64,000 nucleotides of DNA from Camelus dromedarius. Lineage: Eukaryota. Of this stretch, positions 26,784 through 40,874 are shown in pieces. Within the stretch, counting starts at the first letter, position 1, and each line of letters starts with the position of its first letter. The stretch is from positions 56,174,001-56,238,000 of the forward strand of contig NC_087436.1 of NCBI RefSeq assembly GCF_036321535.1. Direction: 5' to 3'. The position numbers and the translations under genes are program-made. A model generated the notes under the pieces. The model did not search any database. It had not been told where the DNA came from and was given only the letters and a program-made list of their open reading frames with translations.

Positions 26784-27169
26784 GTCTGTCTATAAAAGCA
26801 CCTTCTTTTAAAGATTTCTTTTGATCTGATAACAGTCTGGTGAAGTATACTGGGAAAGAGTTATCTATTTTTTTATCAATTTATAGTTTAAGAAAATGAG
26901 AAATTTTATGCCCTGCCCAAAATTACTCAAGATAGTGGACAAGCAAGGACCAAATATCTGGTTTTCTTCCTTTTGGTATAATATTCTATCTTTTCCACAT
27001 TTAGCTCTTTCTGTCAGTAAGGATTTTCATGCCACAGAAAACAATAATCCAAGTTTCATTTGGCATGATAACTATTAGTATTTCAATATCATTATGATTT
27101 TTTAAAAATTCAATTCCTTATTTTTCCTCTTCAAGTAGCTTTATCAGTTACATAGTAGAAGGACTTCTA

Positions 27170-27312
27170 ATACTCACATCCTGTTCTCTCCTTCCTGGGC
27201 ACGCAGGATTACTACAAGTCCTGCATCCTTGCTGTCAGCTTGGCCAGGTGATTACACCTAGCTAATGGGCTATGAGTGAGTTATGTTGAACTGCCAAGCC
27301 AAGGCATTAAAG
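27170..27312 (+). mobile_element. MLT1I/J-like LTR fragment
   Basis: TTCTCTCCTTCCTGGGCAC...ACTACAAGTCCTGCATCCTTGC...GGCCAGGTGA. Confidence 0.5.
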
Positions 27313-27378
27313 GACAGTCAGATGTGCTTACACATAGTCAAGAAGTCAGTCATCTAAGTTATAAATAATTAAAAAGAA

Positions 27379-29900
27379 CATTTGTGTCCTTTTTTTTTTT
27401 GACTCCACTTATAAGTAATAACATATGGCATTTTTCTTTCTCTTTCTAACTTACTTTACTTAGAATGACGATCTCCAGGTCCATCCATGTTGCTGCAAAT
27501 GGCATTATTTTATTTTTTTATGGCTGAGTAGTATTCCATTGCATATATGTACCACATCTTCTTTATCCAGTCATCTGTTGATGGACATTTAGGTTGTTTC
27601 CATGTCTTGGCTATTGTAAATAGTGCCGCTATTAACATTGGGGTGCCTATGTCTTTTTAAATTATATTTTTCTCTGGGTATATGCCCAGGAGTGGGATTG
27701 CTGGATCATATGGTAAGTCTATTTTTAGTTTTTTAAGGAACCACCATGCTATCCTCAATAGTGGCTGCACCAATGTACATTCCTACCAACAGTGTAGGAG
27801 GGTTCCTTTTTCTCCACACCCTCTCCAGCATTTATTATTTGTAGACTTTTTAATGATGCCCATTCTGGCTGGTGTGAGGTGATACCTCATTGTAGGTTTG
27901 ATTTGAATTTCTCTAACAATGATGTTGAGCATCTTTTAATGTGCTTGTTGGCCATCTGTATGTCTTCTTTGGAGAGATTTCTGTTTAGGTCTTCTGCCCA
28001 TTTTTTGATTGGATTGCTTTTTTTATATATATATTAAGGTGTATGAGCTGTTTGTATATTTTGGAAATTAGTCCCTTGTTGGTTGCATCATTTGCAAATA
28101 TTTTCTTCCATTCTGTAGGTTGTCTTTTCATTTTATTGACCATATCCTTAGCTGTGCAAAGGCTTTTAAGTTTAATTAGATCCCATTTGTTTATGTTTGC
28201 TTTTATTCCCATGACTCCAGGATCTGGTTCTAAAAATATATTGCTGTGATTTATGTCCAAGAGTGTTCTGCCTATGTTTTCCTCTAGGAGTTTTATGGTA
28301 TCTGGTCTTACATTTAGATCTTTAACCCATTTTGAGTTTATTTTTGTATGTAGTGTTAGAGAATGTTCTAATTTCAGTCTTTTACAGGTAGCTGTGCAAT
28401 TTTCCCAGCACCATGTATTGAAGAGACTATTTCCTTCATTGCACTTTCTTGCCTCGTTTGTTGTAGATTAATTGACCATAAGTGCATGGCTTACTTTTGG
28501 ACTTTCTAACCTGTCCCATTGATCTATGTGTTTGTTTTTCTGCCAGTGCCATACTGTTTTGATTACTGTATCTTTGTAGTATAGTCTGAAGTCCGGGAGC
28601 ATGATTCCCCCAGTTTTGTTCTTCTTTTTCAAGCTTATTTTGGCTATTCGGGGTCTTTGGTGTTTCCATACAAATTTTAACTTTTTTTTTGTTCTAGCTC
28701 TTAAAAATGTCATTGGTAATTTGATAGGGATTGCATTGAATCTGTGTATTGCCTTAGGTATTATGGTCATTTTAACAATATTGATTCTTCCAATCCAAGA
28801 ACACAGTATATCTTTCCATTTGTTTATGTCATCATCAGTGTCTTATAGTTTTCAGAGTACAGGTCTTTTGCCTTCTTGGGCAGGTTTATTCCTGGGTATT
28901 TTATTCTTTATGGTGAGATGGTAAATGGTATTGTTTCCTTAATTTCTTTTTCTGCTATTTCATTGTTAGTGTACAGAAATGCAACTGATTTCTGTATATT
29001 AATTTTGTATCCTGCAAATTTACCAAATTCATTGATGAGTTCTAGTAGTTTTCTGGTCGCTTCTTTAGGGTTTTCTATGTATAGTATTATGTCATCTACA
29101 AACAGTAACAGTTTTACTTCTTCGTTTCCAATTTGGGTTCCTTTTATTTCTTTTTCTTCTCTGTTGCTATGTCTAGGACTTCCAAAACTATGTTGAGTAA
29201 AAGTGGCAAGAGTGGGCATCCTTGTCTTGTTCCTGATCTTAGAGGAAATGCTTTCAGCTTTTCACTGTTGAGTATGATGTTAGCTGTGGGTTTGTCATAT
29301 ATGACCTTTACTGTGTTGAAGTATGTTCTGTCTATGCCCACTTTCTGGAGAGTTTTTATCATAAGTTGATGTTGAATTTTATCAAAAGCTTTTTCTGTAT
29401 CTATTGAGATGATCATATGGTTTTTATTCTTCAATTTGTTAATGTGGTGTATCACATTGATTGATCTGTGGTTATTGGAAAATCCTTGCATACATGGGAT
29501 AAATCCCACTTGATCATGGTGTATGATCCTTTGAATGCATTGTTAGAGTCAATTTGCTAGTATTTTGTTGAAGAGTTTTGCATCTTTATTCATAAGTGAT
29601 ACTGGCCTGTAATTTTCTTTTTTTGTGATATCTTTGTCTGGTTTTGGTATCAGGGTGATGATGGCCTCATAGAATGAGTTTGGAGTGTTCCTTCCTCTTG
29701 CAATTTTTTGGAATAGTTTCAGAAGGATAGGTGTTAACTTTTCTCTAAATGTTTGGTAGAATTCACCTGTGAAGCCATCTGATCCTGGACTTTTTTGTTG
29801 GGAGTTTTTAAATTACTGATTCAATTTCAATGCTGTTAATTGATCTATTCATAGTGTCTACTTCTTCCTGGTTCAGTCTTGGCAAATTGTACCTCTCTGT
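27379..29900 (-). mobile_element. Artiodactyl-lineage L1, about 2.5 kb, frameshifted ORF2 (RT to C-terminal domain), lacking the distal 3' UTR
   Basis: Minus-strand ORFs 27985-29509 are L1 ORF2 pieces ([60 protein letters not shown]) in several frames. Confidence 0.96.
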
Positions 29901-32900
29901 AATTTAAAAAAAAAGAAAAAACTTAAGTGCATTATACTTATTTGCATTATTTTATTAAATCGTATCTCCCTTTGCAATGATGAAAGAAAGATTTGAGGCA
30001 AAGATCTCAGAATATACAGAAATATTTTGGAAATATCAGAGCAAGTAGTTATTTCTCAGTCTCTCCAAAAAGTTAAAATTGAAAATTGGTGTTTCAGCAG
30101 GCATTCAATACATATTCCTGGCTTGAAAATATGAAATGTTAACATTTTTCATCTCTACTTAGAATTTCACAAGTTAACTTTTTTCCCTGCTTATTGTAAA
30201 TTGAGCCACTCTTGCATATTAGAATTCCTTTTTAAAAGGATAGGAAAAAAGGATCTTTTTGTTGGTACTTGATCTGTGTTTACTCAGTTATTATTGGAGG
30301 CTCGACAATTTTGGAGCCTCTAAGAAGCACTGTGATAACTCCACTTTTTGTTCCCCATTCTAAGTGTGAATACCAAGCATGTTCAAAATTTAAATCCAAA
30401 TTGCATTTGACTATGTCTTTCTGGCGAGGTACAACTGCCATCATGACTGAAAGTCCCTTTCCTCTAAAATGTAGCAGAACATAATCACATAGCTTTTCAA
30501 TAAGTATGTCATAGTGTCCTGGGGGAAAATACTCTTTCATTAATTTAACAAATGTTTATTGTGTTCCTACAATATGTACCAGGTATTATTCTAGGCCACA
30601 GTATCATCATGTAACAAAGAAAATTTTCTACCCTGTTAGAGCTCACATCCTAGTTGGAAAGTGAAGAATGATTCTAAAAGATGTGTTTGTGCTCAACAAT
30701 TTTAAATCTTCATTAGGAGATGGAACTTTGCTTATTCTGCCCCAGATTAGTCAGAACTAGCCTTGCTAGTTATTTCCATTCAGCTGCTTAGTGACTTCCT
30801 TGCCTCTCCTATGTGTTGGGATAGGGAGATAGGAAATTCCTAATACGTGAGCAGTGCAAGCTTTTTGGTTACTGAAATTAGTAGAGTCTTCACTCATCAT
30901 ATCGGGATGGCTTCACTCTATCTGCACTTTAATGTAGTGACTTAGCTGAAGGACAGGAAACTTAAAGGCAAACCACTAGTACTTGTTCCTGCTATTCAGT
31001 CTCCATTTCTAAATATCGTATCCACATCCGCATTGTCCTAGACAGTTGACGTCCTCACCTTCACCAAACTCTTCCAACTCTGTTGAAAATTTCCCTAACC
31101 AGCCATATCTTTCTTATCCAGGTATGTGACTAATATAATTTCCAAACAGTGAGTCCTTCCCCTCTCTTAAGACTATATTAGTACCTCCAGTGGTAATTTT
31201 GTTAATAGAATATAGTTGTATTCTCAATTGTTATTATTTTATAGTATATTTTAAAGGAATTTTACAGATTTCAAGAACTTTTATAGCTCTTATTCCATTT
31301 ATTTTCACGCAACTCAATGAAAAACAGATTCTAAATTTCATTTTACAAGTTGGGAAAACAAGGCTTGATTAATTTAAGACTTTCTGAAGGTCAGAGAGTA
31401 AACAGAGGGCAGGAATTTTTTCTCTTATCTAAATAAATCACTAGATTACTGTGTATTAGACAAGTATTTGTCTAGTCCCTCAGTTGTAATAATAATTGTC
31501 CTGAATGGGTTGAATTTAAACAAACAAAATGAACACTTACAGTTTGGCTTTAAAGATTTTTTAAGAATATGAAATGTATCAATTTTAAGATAAACAGATA
31601 AGCTGCCCCCAATATCTTATAAACTATTATAAGTGGCAGTCACTCTAGAGATGATTGCTCTTAATGCTTGTTTCTAAATCATTTGGAATAAGAAAAAAAT
31701 GAAAGCCTAACAGTATGAGCAGTTATTATTCTAGACATATGTACGTGATTTCCACTGTCAGACAGTGTTTTCAGAGGGTCACCAAGAATATTGCTTTTAA
31801 CACTTAGATTAATGACCTGATATAAAACCATAGACCTGAAAGCAAATTTTGTAATAATAATTAAAAATTAAAATTATTAAAATTCAATTAAAGTGAATCA
31901 AATGAGTTTTGTTTACTAGTAAAGTCATATTAATCTTTCTGGAGCATATGTCCATTTTGAAAACTGCCGTTTCACCACTTAACAATTTTCACAGGCTCCC
32001 TGCTCCACAAAACAATCTTCTCTAGCTGCCAAACAAGGCTCTCCAGGAGTCTCTCTTCTAATTCCATGGTCTTATTTCTTTACTTAATTCATGTAAAGTA
32101 CTCTGTAGTGTAGTCTCCGTGTTTTTCATCTCTGCCCTTTGGCTTCTTGCTGTTCTTTCCTCCTCAAATGTCTTTGATCCCTCTGTAAATTTTTAAACCC
32201 AAACCATGCTTCAGCATCAAACTCAAATATTCCATTCCCCAGGTCCCTCATGATCTCTCCTCCTAAAGCAATTTCACTATAGCTTTCTTCATGGGGTTTT
32301 CAGAATTTTCCAAACAATGGACTACTTTTATTCACAAGATCAACGTGTGGAGAATGCTAACCAAAACCACACTGAAAGCTATGATGAAATGGGGTTCTTT
32401 GTTTATGTTGACTGTAAGGTTCTATGGTTTAATAAATTTAGGGGGGATGGTGGCAGTCCAAATTAAACCTATTTCTTTGTGGCAGAACTTCTAATCAATG
32501 TTTTCAGTATACTAACAGGCACTCTGAATTTCTGAGAGAAAGCTCTATTAAACAGAAATCCCCAAATTTATTTGAGCAAAAAACACTTTTTTGAGATAGT
32601 TTGAGGAATATTGGTGAGTGAAAGGAATCAGAACATTCATTTCAGACAAATGTGGATCTATATCATGATTTCAGTAATTATTGGCTGTATGAACAGTTAT
32701 TCTGACCCCCTTTCCTTACCTGTATTATAAGTGTAACAATACTAATCCCCAAAGATTATCATGCAGATTAACTGAGACCCATGGTAGTTGCTTAATACAT
32801 ATACTAGTTACCTTTACTGTTCTGAGTTACAATTAAATTTACTTATACCTGGGATTCAACACTGTGTTGTATTATAGCTACAACATACAAATCATTCATT

Positions 32901-35900
32901 TATTTAACATACATTACCTAGAAGGATATTTGTGTCAGTTACTGTACTGGTGGATACACAATGCATATGACAGTCCATTTACTCAGTGAACTACTGTTTT
33001 TATCCCTGGTATTGGCCAGTAAGTTTCTGAAGGAAGGATCTGTAAGCAGTTCATCTCTGTGCCCAGCTTAGAGTCTACTGTGCATGAAATAGGTGCTCAA
33101 TAGCAGGCTCCACAATAGAACGTAACCCACAGGAGGAGGCCTTAACTGTCTTCTTTACCACTTGGTCCCCAGCACATAGAAGAGTACATGACACATAGTA
33201 GAGACTTAATAAATACCTATTGAATGAATGACTGGACAAAAGTAATAGTAAGGTCTATAATTTACAAGAACACAGTTAACTAATCTTCAAGAACACATCG
33301 TTCCAACCCTTACTGACAGAATTTTTTTTAATTTGTTAAAATTACTTCTCTTCAAATTACTAATGAATTGCATGAAATTAGGACAAAAAGGAATACATGT
33401 AGTTAAATTTAGATAACTAATAAGCTTTCAAAGAAAAATGTTGGAATATACATTTAAATATATGTAATAAATTTGGTTTTTTTGGGAAAAGTATTTAGAT
33501 AAGTAATATATTTGCTATTTCAATGGAATGTGCTTTGTATCCTTCCAAATAAAAAAAATGCCATCATGTTTTCTTGGAACAGAGATTCAATAGACTTGTC
33601 ATTACTGAAGGTAAGAATAGGAAATAACTGATGGGCCAAATTTGGTATGATCAATTTCTGTCAACACATCCATACAACTCTATAAGTAAGAAATTATTTT
33701 ACATGCCCACCACTCTAGTTATCCTTCGTACTTACAGTCTTAAGTTTGATGCTGGTTGGAAAGTCAAATCAAAAGTAGGAGCACTGTTTCTTCTATAACA
33801 TTTAAAACCTGACACACTTGCAAAAGAAAGGTGGAAAAGCGCTAGCATTGTGAGAGTAAATATCATTTGTCACTCTATTTTAATATCGTCTTGCAATTAA
33901 AATTTCAAGTTTCAAGGGGGAAAAGTGAATTTATCTATAGTTGTCATATAGCATTCTAGAAGCACTAGACATCTCTCCACTCCAGATACAAAATCCAATG
34001 AATTTTTTTCTCAGTTCTAGACAAAAACAAAATATAGTAAAATGAAACACAGATTGGACATGGAATGCCAAACAGAACCAAATGACTAGAAACTATCATG
34101 TAAAAAGAAATCAAGTCCATAGCCTAGGTATGAAGTACTTTCAAGCAAATGTATGGAACCATTCGGTCCCAAACATCTTATTCCTTAACTTTTAGGTAAA
34201 TTCATCTTGATCACAAAGATAGTAAATGTAACATTAACAAAATTATACTCATAATAAATCTAATATAGTGGTAAATTGTAATTCCCAATTACACAAGTAA
34301 TTTTATTTAATTAGATGGCCTGTTTAGATATTGGATATTATATTAAAAACTCAAGAAAAACATTTCAGAGAGAAGTTGGTAACTTATGCATTTATAATGT
34401 CTTCTTTTCCTGATGTACTTTAAAGATTGTCAGATGACTTCATATAGCATAAAGCGATGTCTTAATTATAAAGTTTTGCCTTTTGAGTTATATTTTGATT
34501 ATTTTAGTAAGAGTTATAAGTTGCTAAAATAATTATCAGTTTTTTATGGTGTGACATATTTTTCAATAATGATTGTATTTTTGTGATTCAATTTATATTA
34601 AAACATCTCAAGCTGATATGCTTCATATTTTAGATAGTAGTGAAAACTAATAGGATTAAGCTCTGGAAGAAAGCATGAAAAAGAGACCACAGTAATTCAG
34701 TAAAATGTTGTAATGTCTTCCAGAGCATCCTTACCTGCAGCTTTGTACATTTCCCACCAACCTGTGTCCTAACTGTGAATGTACTATAATGAGATTTGGT
34801 AGAGTGACCTCTGCAGCTCTTCACTCAATAAGAAAAGTGCTGGAAGAAATCGAGTTGCCAGGTCTGCACAGTATGGTGTCTCAAAATTTCCCTTTGCATG
34901 TGAAAGTTAAAGTAATTGGGAGGAATGAGAGATACATGTCAGGCACACGTAACACCTAAGTCTAACACGGTGTTAGGATGTGAAACATACATGGGGTATC
35001 AGAAGATGCAGGTTTGATGAACACATTTAAAACAAATATTTTAAGGTGATGCATGAGTTTTGAGTATCACCTAATAAACAAGATAAATAAATAGCACAAG
35101 CCTGGAAGTGATATTTGATCCATTTTTACATTTCTGGAATTAACATAATTTGACATTAGTGACTTAATATTTGTTGACAGCACTGCAGATAACATTTCTG
35201 GGGGAATGTGGATATTTTAAATAATTATACAACAGGATTCATCCTGTGTTTTTGATCACTTTATAATAATCTCTAGAAAAACATTATTTGTGGTGCTTGA
35301 CCACCATTATGAAATTAAAATTATGCTAAAGATAAGGAATAAATGTCAATTACCAGATTTTATTGCCATACTAAAGTATAGCCTCACAAAGAACCAATCA
35401 GAGGGTTGCATTTATATCTGAATTTCTAAAATCACTTGAAACTCCCTGCTAACAAGTGCATTTTCATACTCATTATAAGACTTTTTGGTATATTATGCTA
35501 ATTATTTTCCTGCAGTCTGACTCCCAAACCACAATGAATCTTATTATAAAAGCAAATCACTGTAAACTTCAAACAGCATGCCTCTTTGAGATGCCACTAT
35601 TAAAGGAAGAACAGTAATGGGAAATCTTTGATGTTATCAGACGAGATGGAAAATACACATTTGTATTTGAGTAAATCCTGTGGACCGAAGCATTTTCCCC
35701 TACCCTTAAATTACCTGAAACCAATTTCAAGTTCCCAAATGCTCTTCAAAGCAACCTGCCTTGGAAGGTGATGTGGATGGCATTTCAAATTTCAAGGCAG
35801 CTTGCTTTTTCCATCTCAAGACTTCAAGCAGATTTGAAATTTCACTTTCAAAGAGAAAGGATATTACCTACTTTTACCCAAACCACTGGCTTCTGGTTTG

Positions 35901-37479
35901 ATGAACAATATGTCACGGGTAATGAACTTACCTATGGCAATGAAAAGACGATATGTAACTGAGTAACTCAGAGTTTGAATAATGCAGCTAATTCTAGAGA
36001 ATTCTAAACTTTCTAAGCTGTAAGTGTTTAGATACTTCATGCTTCAATTTTTTCTTGTTCTGGCATTGTTGACCAAAAATTGGAATGTAAACTTTGGGCA
36101 TGTGGCAGGGCAACTGTACACAACTGTAATTAATCCATCTCCTCCTGAATGGGGCGTCTGTGAAGCTAAGGACAAAACTCGATGTGTGCTTGACTCCTGT
36201 GCCCACAGGGAGCCTGGGCCACACAATTCAGAACATTCATACTGTGAATAATCCCTGTAGCAGGAGGGTTGGTCTGTGGCTTCTTAAAAGGATGTAGATT
36301 TGTGGTCAGCAGAAACATCCATGAGCCTCTTTGGGCTAAAGGATACAGTGGCCCTAGTGAAGTTCCCCTAGCATTTAATTAGGTTTCCTGTAATTGCTTT
36401 AAGTAAAAGAGGGGAATGAAACCTGAAGTTACCATCTTGGGACACAAAATATTTGTATGCGGTTTTAATATCCTGAGCCCATTTGTTGCTGCTCTATATT
36501 TTGGAAAGAGCCATTATAGGGCTAAGGAAATACACACGGCAGGTTTATCAGTCCTTTGGTGACTAAATTTACTGCAACACTCTTTAGAGGGAGAGATTTG
36601 CTTCCCGTAACTGACTTTTTGAATACACAGAGAAGGTATAAACAAGTAAAACAGGCAAAAGTCTTAAACACCAGAAAGTGGAATAAAACGAAAGGTGGTA
36701 GAGAGGAGGGAAGGCTCCCTGTCATTGCACAGGTTTCTAGATATCAGAAAAATGAGGATAATTACAATGAGACGGGAAAATGAGAGGCCCAAGCAAGGAC
36801 CGGAAATAAGAAGGAAAATGGTGTTGTTTGTTAATAAGTTGTGTTTTTTGCTGTGGAGATTTGTTTTATTATTTGGACGTTGGCTGAAATAATCTAGGAA
36901 TCTTTTTATAGAGCGGTGAGGGGTTGGAATATACCAGTTACTTAAATTTTTTTTCAAATTTGTATAAGCATAAAAGGATTACTAATTTTTAAACTTTAAT
37001 TTTTAATGTACTTAATAAACTTTTGAAAATAGAGTTGTCTTGTCAGGGCCCTGCCCTGCCTTGGGCTTATGAAACCCACTTTCCTGGGCTTCGTTCCAGT
37101 TCAGGGACTCTTGAGTGGACCTAAGGACTAGGTCCCATCAGCTTGTGACAGGAAGAATTGTTTATCCCCCAGTGGGTCAGCACTTACTATAATCTGGTGG
37201 TTGTTAATTTCCTTGAATGCTTCCACCCATTTGAGCATTTTAGGGTAATGCTTGATTTTAGGGTGAGGACCAGAATACTCTTTTAGGGTCTCCAGATGAC
37301 ACCTCTTTCATGTTCCCTATGCTAGGAAGCCATGATCAAACATTGTAAGAAGTCAACTGTTAGGAACTAGTTAAACTCTGTATCTCATACATATCATAGC
37401 ATCTATCATTTGTTAGTCCTTCTTGCTTGAAACACTTGGCTCTCAGAAAGAAATCCCAGCTCCTAAACATGGTGTATAA

Positions 37480-37667
37480 AAGTGGTTCTCAAACTGCAGC
37501 ACGCATCAGAATTCTTGGAGGGAGGGTTTGTTAAAATATTGCTTGGCCAGACTCTCAGTTTTTCTTATCCAGTGAGTCTGGAGTGGGGCCCAAGAATCTG
37601 CATTTCCAACAAGTTCCCAGGTGATGTGGATGAAGCTGTTTTGCGGGCCACATTTTGAGAACCACTG
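37480..37667. mobile_element. MER5A hAT-Charlie MITE
   Basis: TIRs AGTGGTTCTCAAA / TTTGAGAACCACTG; internal GGGGCCCAAGAATCTGCATTTCCAACAAGTTCCCAGGTGATG; degenerate 8-bp TSD GTGTATAA / GTTTACAA. Confidence 0.9.
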
Positions 37668-37929
37668 GTTTACAAGAATGTAGATAAACTGGTCTCTTTC
37701 TTGTCTCCAGTTCCGTTTCATGCCAGCAGTCTCTGTTGTCTTCTCCTGGTTTCCCAATCTCCTGTTCCCTTTCCTGCTTCTTCCTATATACCCTGTCCCT
37801 CTCCCCATATGATTTAACCAACCTAACTCATGTTGGATCCTTCATACTAAGTTGGGTCCCCTTGTTACTCATTCTCATTGTCCTCGTACTTCTCTGCAGC
37901 ATTGAACACAACTGTAATTAAATAATAAA

Positions 37930-38078
37930 TTAATACGTGTCCTCCTCTCAATAATAGAAGTTCATTGAGGGCAATGACTGTCTTACTCATCAGAGTTGCA
38001 CAAGTACCTAGTACAATATTTTCCACATAATTGATATTCAGTAGGTATTTAATCAATGGATGAATGAATGGATGAATA
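37930..38078 (+). mobile_element. L2 3' end
   Basis: AAGTTCATTGAGGGCA...GTACCTAGTACA...TGGATGAATGAATGGATGAAT tail. Confidence 0.7.
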
Positions 38079-39071
38079 AACAGTACAAAGAAACACACCG
38101 AATCTTTTGTAGTGTGCTCATACTTGACCCAGAGGAAATTTTCCTGCTCCCTAAGTGTGCCCCTACCAGTTCTCTCAATAGGCACTCTGTGCTGGAAGTG
38201 TGCAGGTGAACTGGCTGTTGCCCACATACATTGTTCAGATAATCCTTCTTGCTCAATGCAAAGAGGCATTATTGCAGGATGAATCTCTAAAATAGACTTT
38301 GGGACCTCAAAACAAATACCCCTAAAATGACAATCCTAGATTCTTAGTTCAGTTTTTGTTATTTAGGATTACATAATTCTGTGAAATAAATTCCAATTAT
38401 TTGAGCATTTTAACTGGAGGCCACTTTATTTTTCATATGAGTTTGGTTACATTATTATTATAGGGAAACATTTTAGCTTTCAAAATATTGCTCATGAAAA
38501 CTTTAAAGTCATACATTCTTTGGACAGGATAGCAGAGATCCGTTAACTAAGGCCAGTATTTCTTTCAAGAAAAATGATGTAACAAGCAAAGCTGTTTAAA
38601 ATGACAGTTTTTAAAAATCGTTACATATTTATAAACTACTAGGTCATAATAAAACCTGGCACACATGTTTGTATATATAAATATATATATGTATGATCTA
38701 TATACTTTGATCATAGTTTTAGGTCATTCTTTCTCATTCCATGTAAAGAATTAGGAAGACTTAGTTACTATGAAGCTGTGTACAGCACATGGGTATCTTA
38801 CAACTTATGTAATTAATTTAGAATCCTTCGAAGAAGTAAAATCCAAGTTCGTACTTGAATACAGAGATGTTTGAATACACCCCACTCCCTGAAGGAAGGT
38901 AAATATCTGTCAGGCCATAAGGGGAAAGATGTAATTTTGTGGAGTTAGAGATCTACTCTGCTTTCATCTTCTGATGAATCCAGAAGATTTGAAATAGCAA
39001 ATAAGAGAATGAAAAAGTTGTGAGTCAAGTAACTGGAGCCAAGTAACTTAAATCTTCCTTTCCCTTGGCAG

Positions 39072-39215
39072 GTCTCATTGTCCGTGAAGTGAGCATTGAG
39101 ATTTCACGCCAACAAGTGGAAGAACTCTTTGGACCTGAAGATTACTGGTGCCAGTGTGTAGCCTGGAGCTCTGCAGGCACCACCAAGAGCCGGAAGGCCT
39201 ACGTGCGCATCGCAT
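39072..39215 (+). CDS. UNC5C: UNC5C coding exon 3 (144 bp, phase 1 to phase 1), rest of Ig-like domain 1
   Basis: Acceptor CTTCCTTTCCCTTGGCAG ends at 39071; donor CAT|GTGAGT at 39216. Translates (G)[47 protein letters not shown](Y), in frame with exon 2. Confidence 0.98.
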
Positions 39216-40327
39216 GTGAGTCATTGTGCAGGGACACTGTGGATTTCAGAAACTGATGAGATATGGAAAAATTTGGACCATAATTGCTCTCGTGTCAAAG
39301 AACCTTGATGAAAAACTGCTCCCAGATTTCTACATTAGAGCTACACTTTCCCCTTACGTCACCAGGATTTCGTTTTATTTGTATGTTTCAAGGCACTGAG
39401 TAATTTCCCTTTAGCGATGTGAAAGAATTAGTGCTACTTTGAAAAGATTGAATCTTATTTTTTAATCTGGTAGTGATTAGGCTATGGGAAAACCAACTAT
39501 ATTCCTTTAATGAGTTTATTCTACCAGTTTGTTAGGACAGTGCTGACCAGTTTTGCTATTAGAAATAGAAATTACCCAGACAAAGCGTCTCTATTTATTT
39601 TAGAACTGTTCTAGTGTACCAAAATACACCACTATTTTCCAAACTCTGTTAACTTCTAGAGTACTCATATTCAGGGAGAGGTTAAAAGGTGCCTCACAAA
39701 AAAAAAGTGTTCCATAATCAATAAATGTGGGAAATACTTTTTTTTGGGACAAAATTAAGGAGGTTTCTTTGCAAAACTTTTCATATTCTTTAATATGCTA
39801 ATGTGCATGTTATCCCCAAGGGGGAGATGTAGTCTGCAGCTCTTTCTGCAGACCTTTTCTCAGTGAGTGCTGTTCACATCTTGAGCGTCATAAATGCTAC
39901 TTTAATCTGTCTTAAGTTTCCATATTGAGAAATTTTCTCAAGTGTGAGACCACTGAAATCCATGTAAATTTTATTATCTGAATTCCTTTGCATGTCTGTA
40001 TTTTACTAAATTTCATTTTGTGTTGATGTCAGTATCACTTACCTCTAATAGGTCACTAAGTCCCAACAATGTTGGCTCACAGGCTTCCCCCAATTCTACT
40101 CTCACCTCTTCCTTCCCTTCTGCTTGATCTAGATCCCAACTATTGCAAACACTTCCAGTTAGTCTCCATGGCTGAAGTCCTCTCTCTTTTCCAGTCCTTC
40201 CTCTGTATTACCACAAATGCAGTCTTCCTAAAACTCAGGTCTCACCTCTGCTCACCTCCATCTCTGCTTAAAATTTTACAGTGGCTTCTGAGAGACAGTC
40301 AAAATTTCTTACAGTGATAGGTATTAT

Positions 40328-40712
40328 TGCAATAGTTTGCTAGAGCTGCCATAACAAAATTCCACAGAGTGGCCTGAACAACAGGATTTGTTTTCTCACA
40401 GTTCTGGAAGCTGTAATAAGTCCAAGATCAAGGTGCTGGCAGTATTGGCTTCTTCTGAAGTCTCTCTCACTGGCTTGTAGATGGTTATCTTCTCCATGTC
40501 TTCATGTGGTCTTCCTTCTGTACCTATCCAGGTCCAAATTTCTCTTCTTATAAAGATGCCAGTCATATTGGATTAAGGCCCACCTAATAGCCTCATTTTA
40601 ACTTAGTCACCTCTTTAAAGACCCTATCTCCAAATAAAGGCACATCCTGAGGTACTGAGGGTTAGGATTTCAACATGTGAATTTTTAGGGGGACACATTT
40701 TAGTCCATAACA
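40328..40712 (-). mobile_element. MLT1A/B-like MaLR solo LTR
   Basis: AGTTTGCTAGAGCTGCCATAACAAAAT...CACAGTTCTGGAAGCTG...AAGTCCAAGATCAAGGTG...GGGGGACACATTTTAGTCCATAACA. Confidence 0.88.
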
Positions 40713-40874
40713 ACCGTATTTCATTGTTTACATAATGTAACCTATGTTTCCAGCTCTGACCACAAAGAATGTCTCCATTCCAGTCACACTATATTAGAAA
40801 TACTTCCATTTCTATGCTTTCTAGTTCATACCAAAGGTCTTCCGCTTTTCTCTTACTTCCTCCCATTATTTGTA

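Noticed and set aside
27682..29509. Cluster of 66-121 aa ORFs suggesting a reverse-transcriptase gene or novel RT system
   Set aside because: They are frameshifted L1 ORF2 fragments and their antisense shadows; there is no intact ORF2, ORF1 or promoter.
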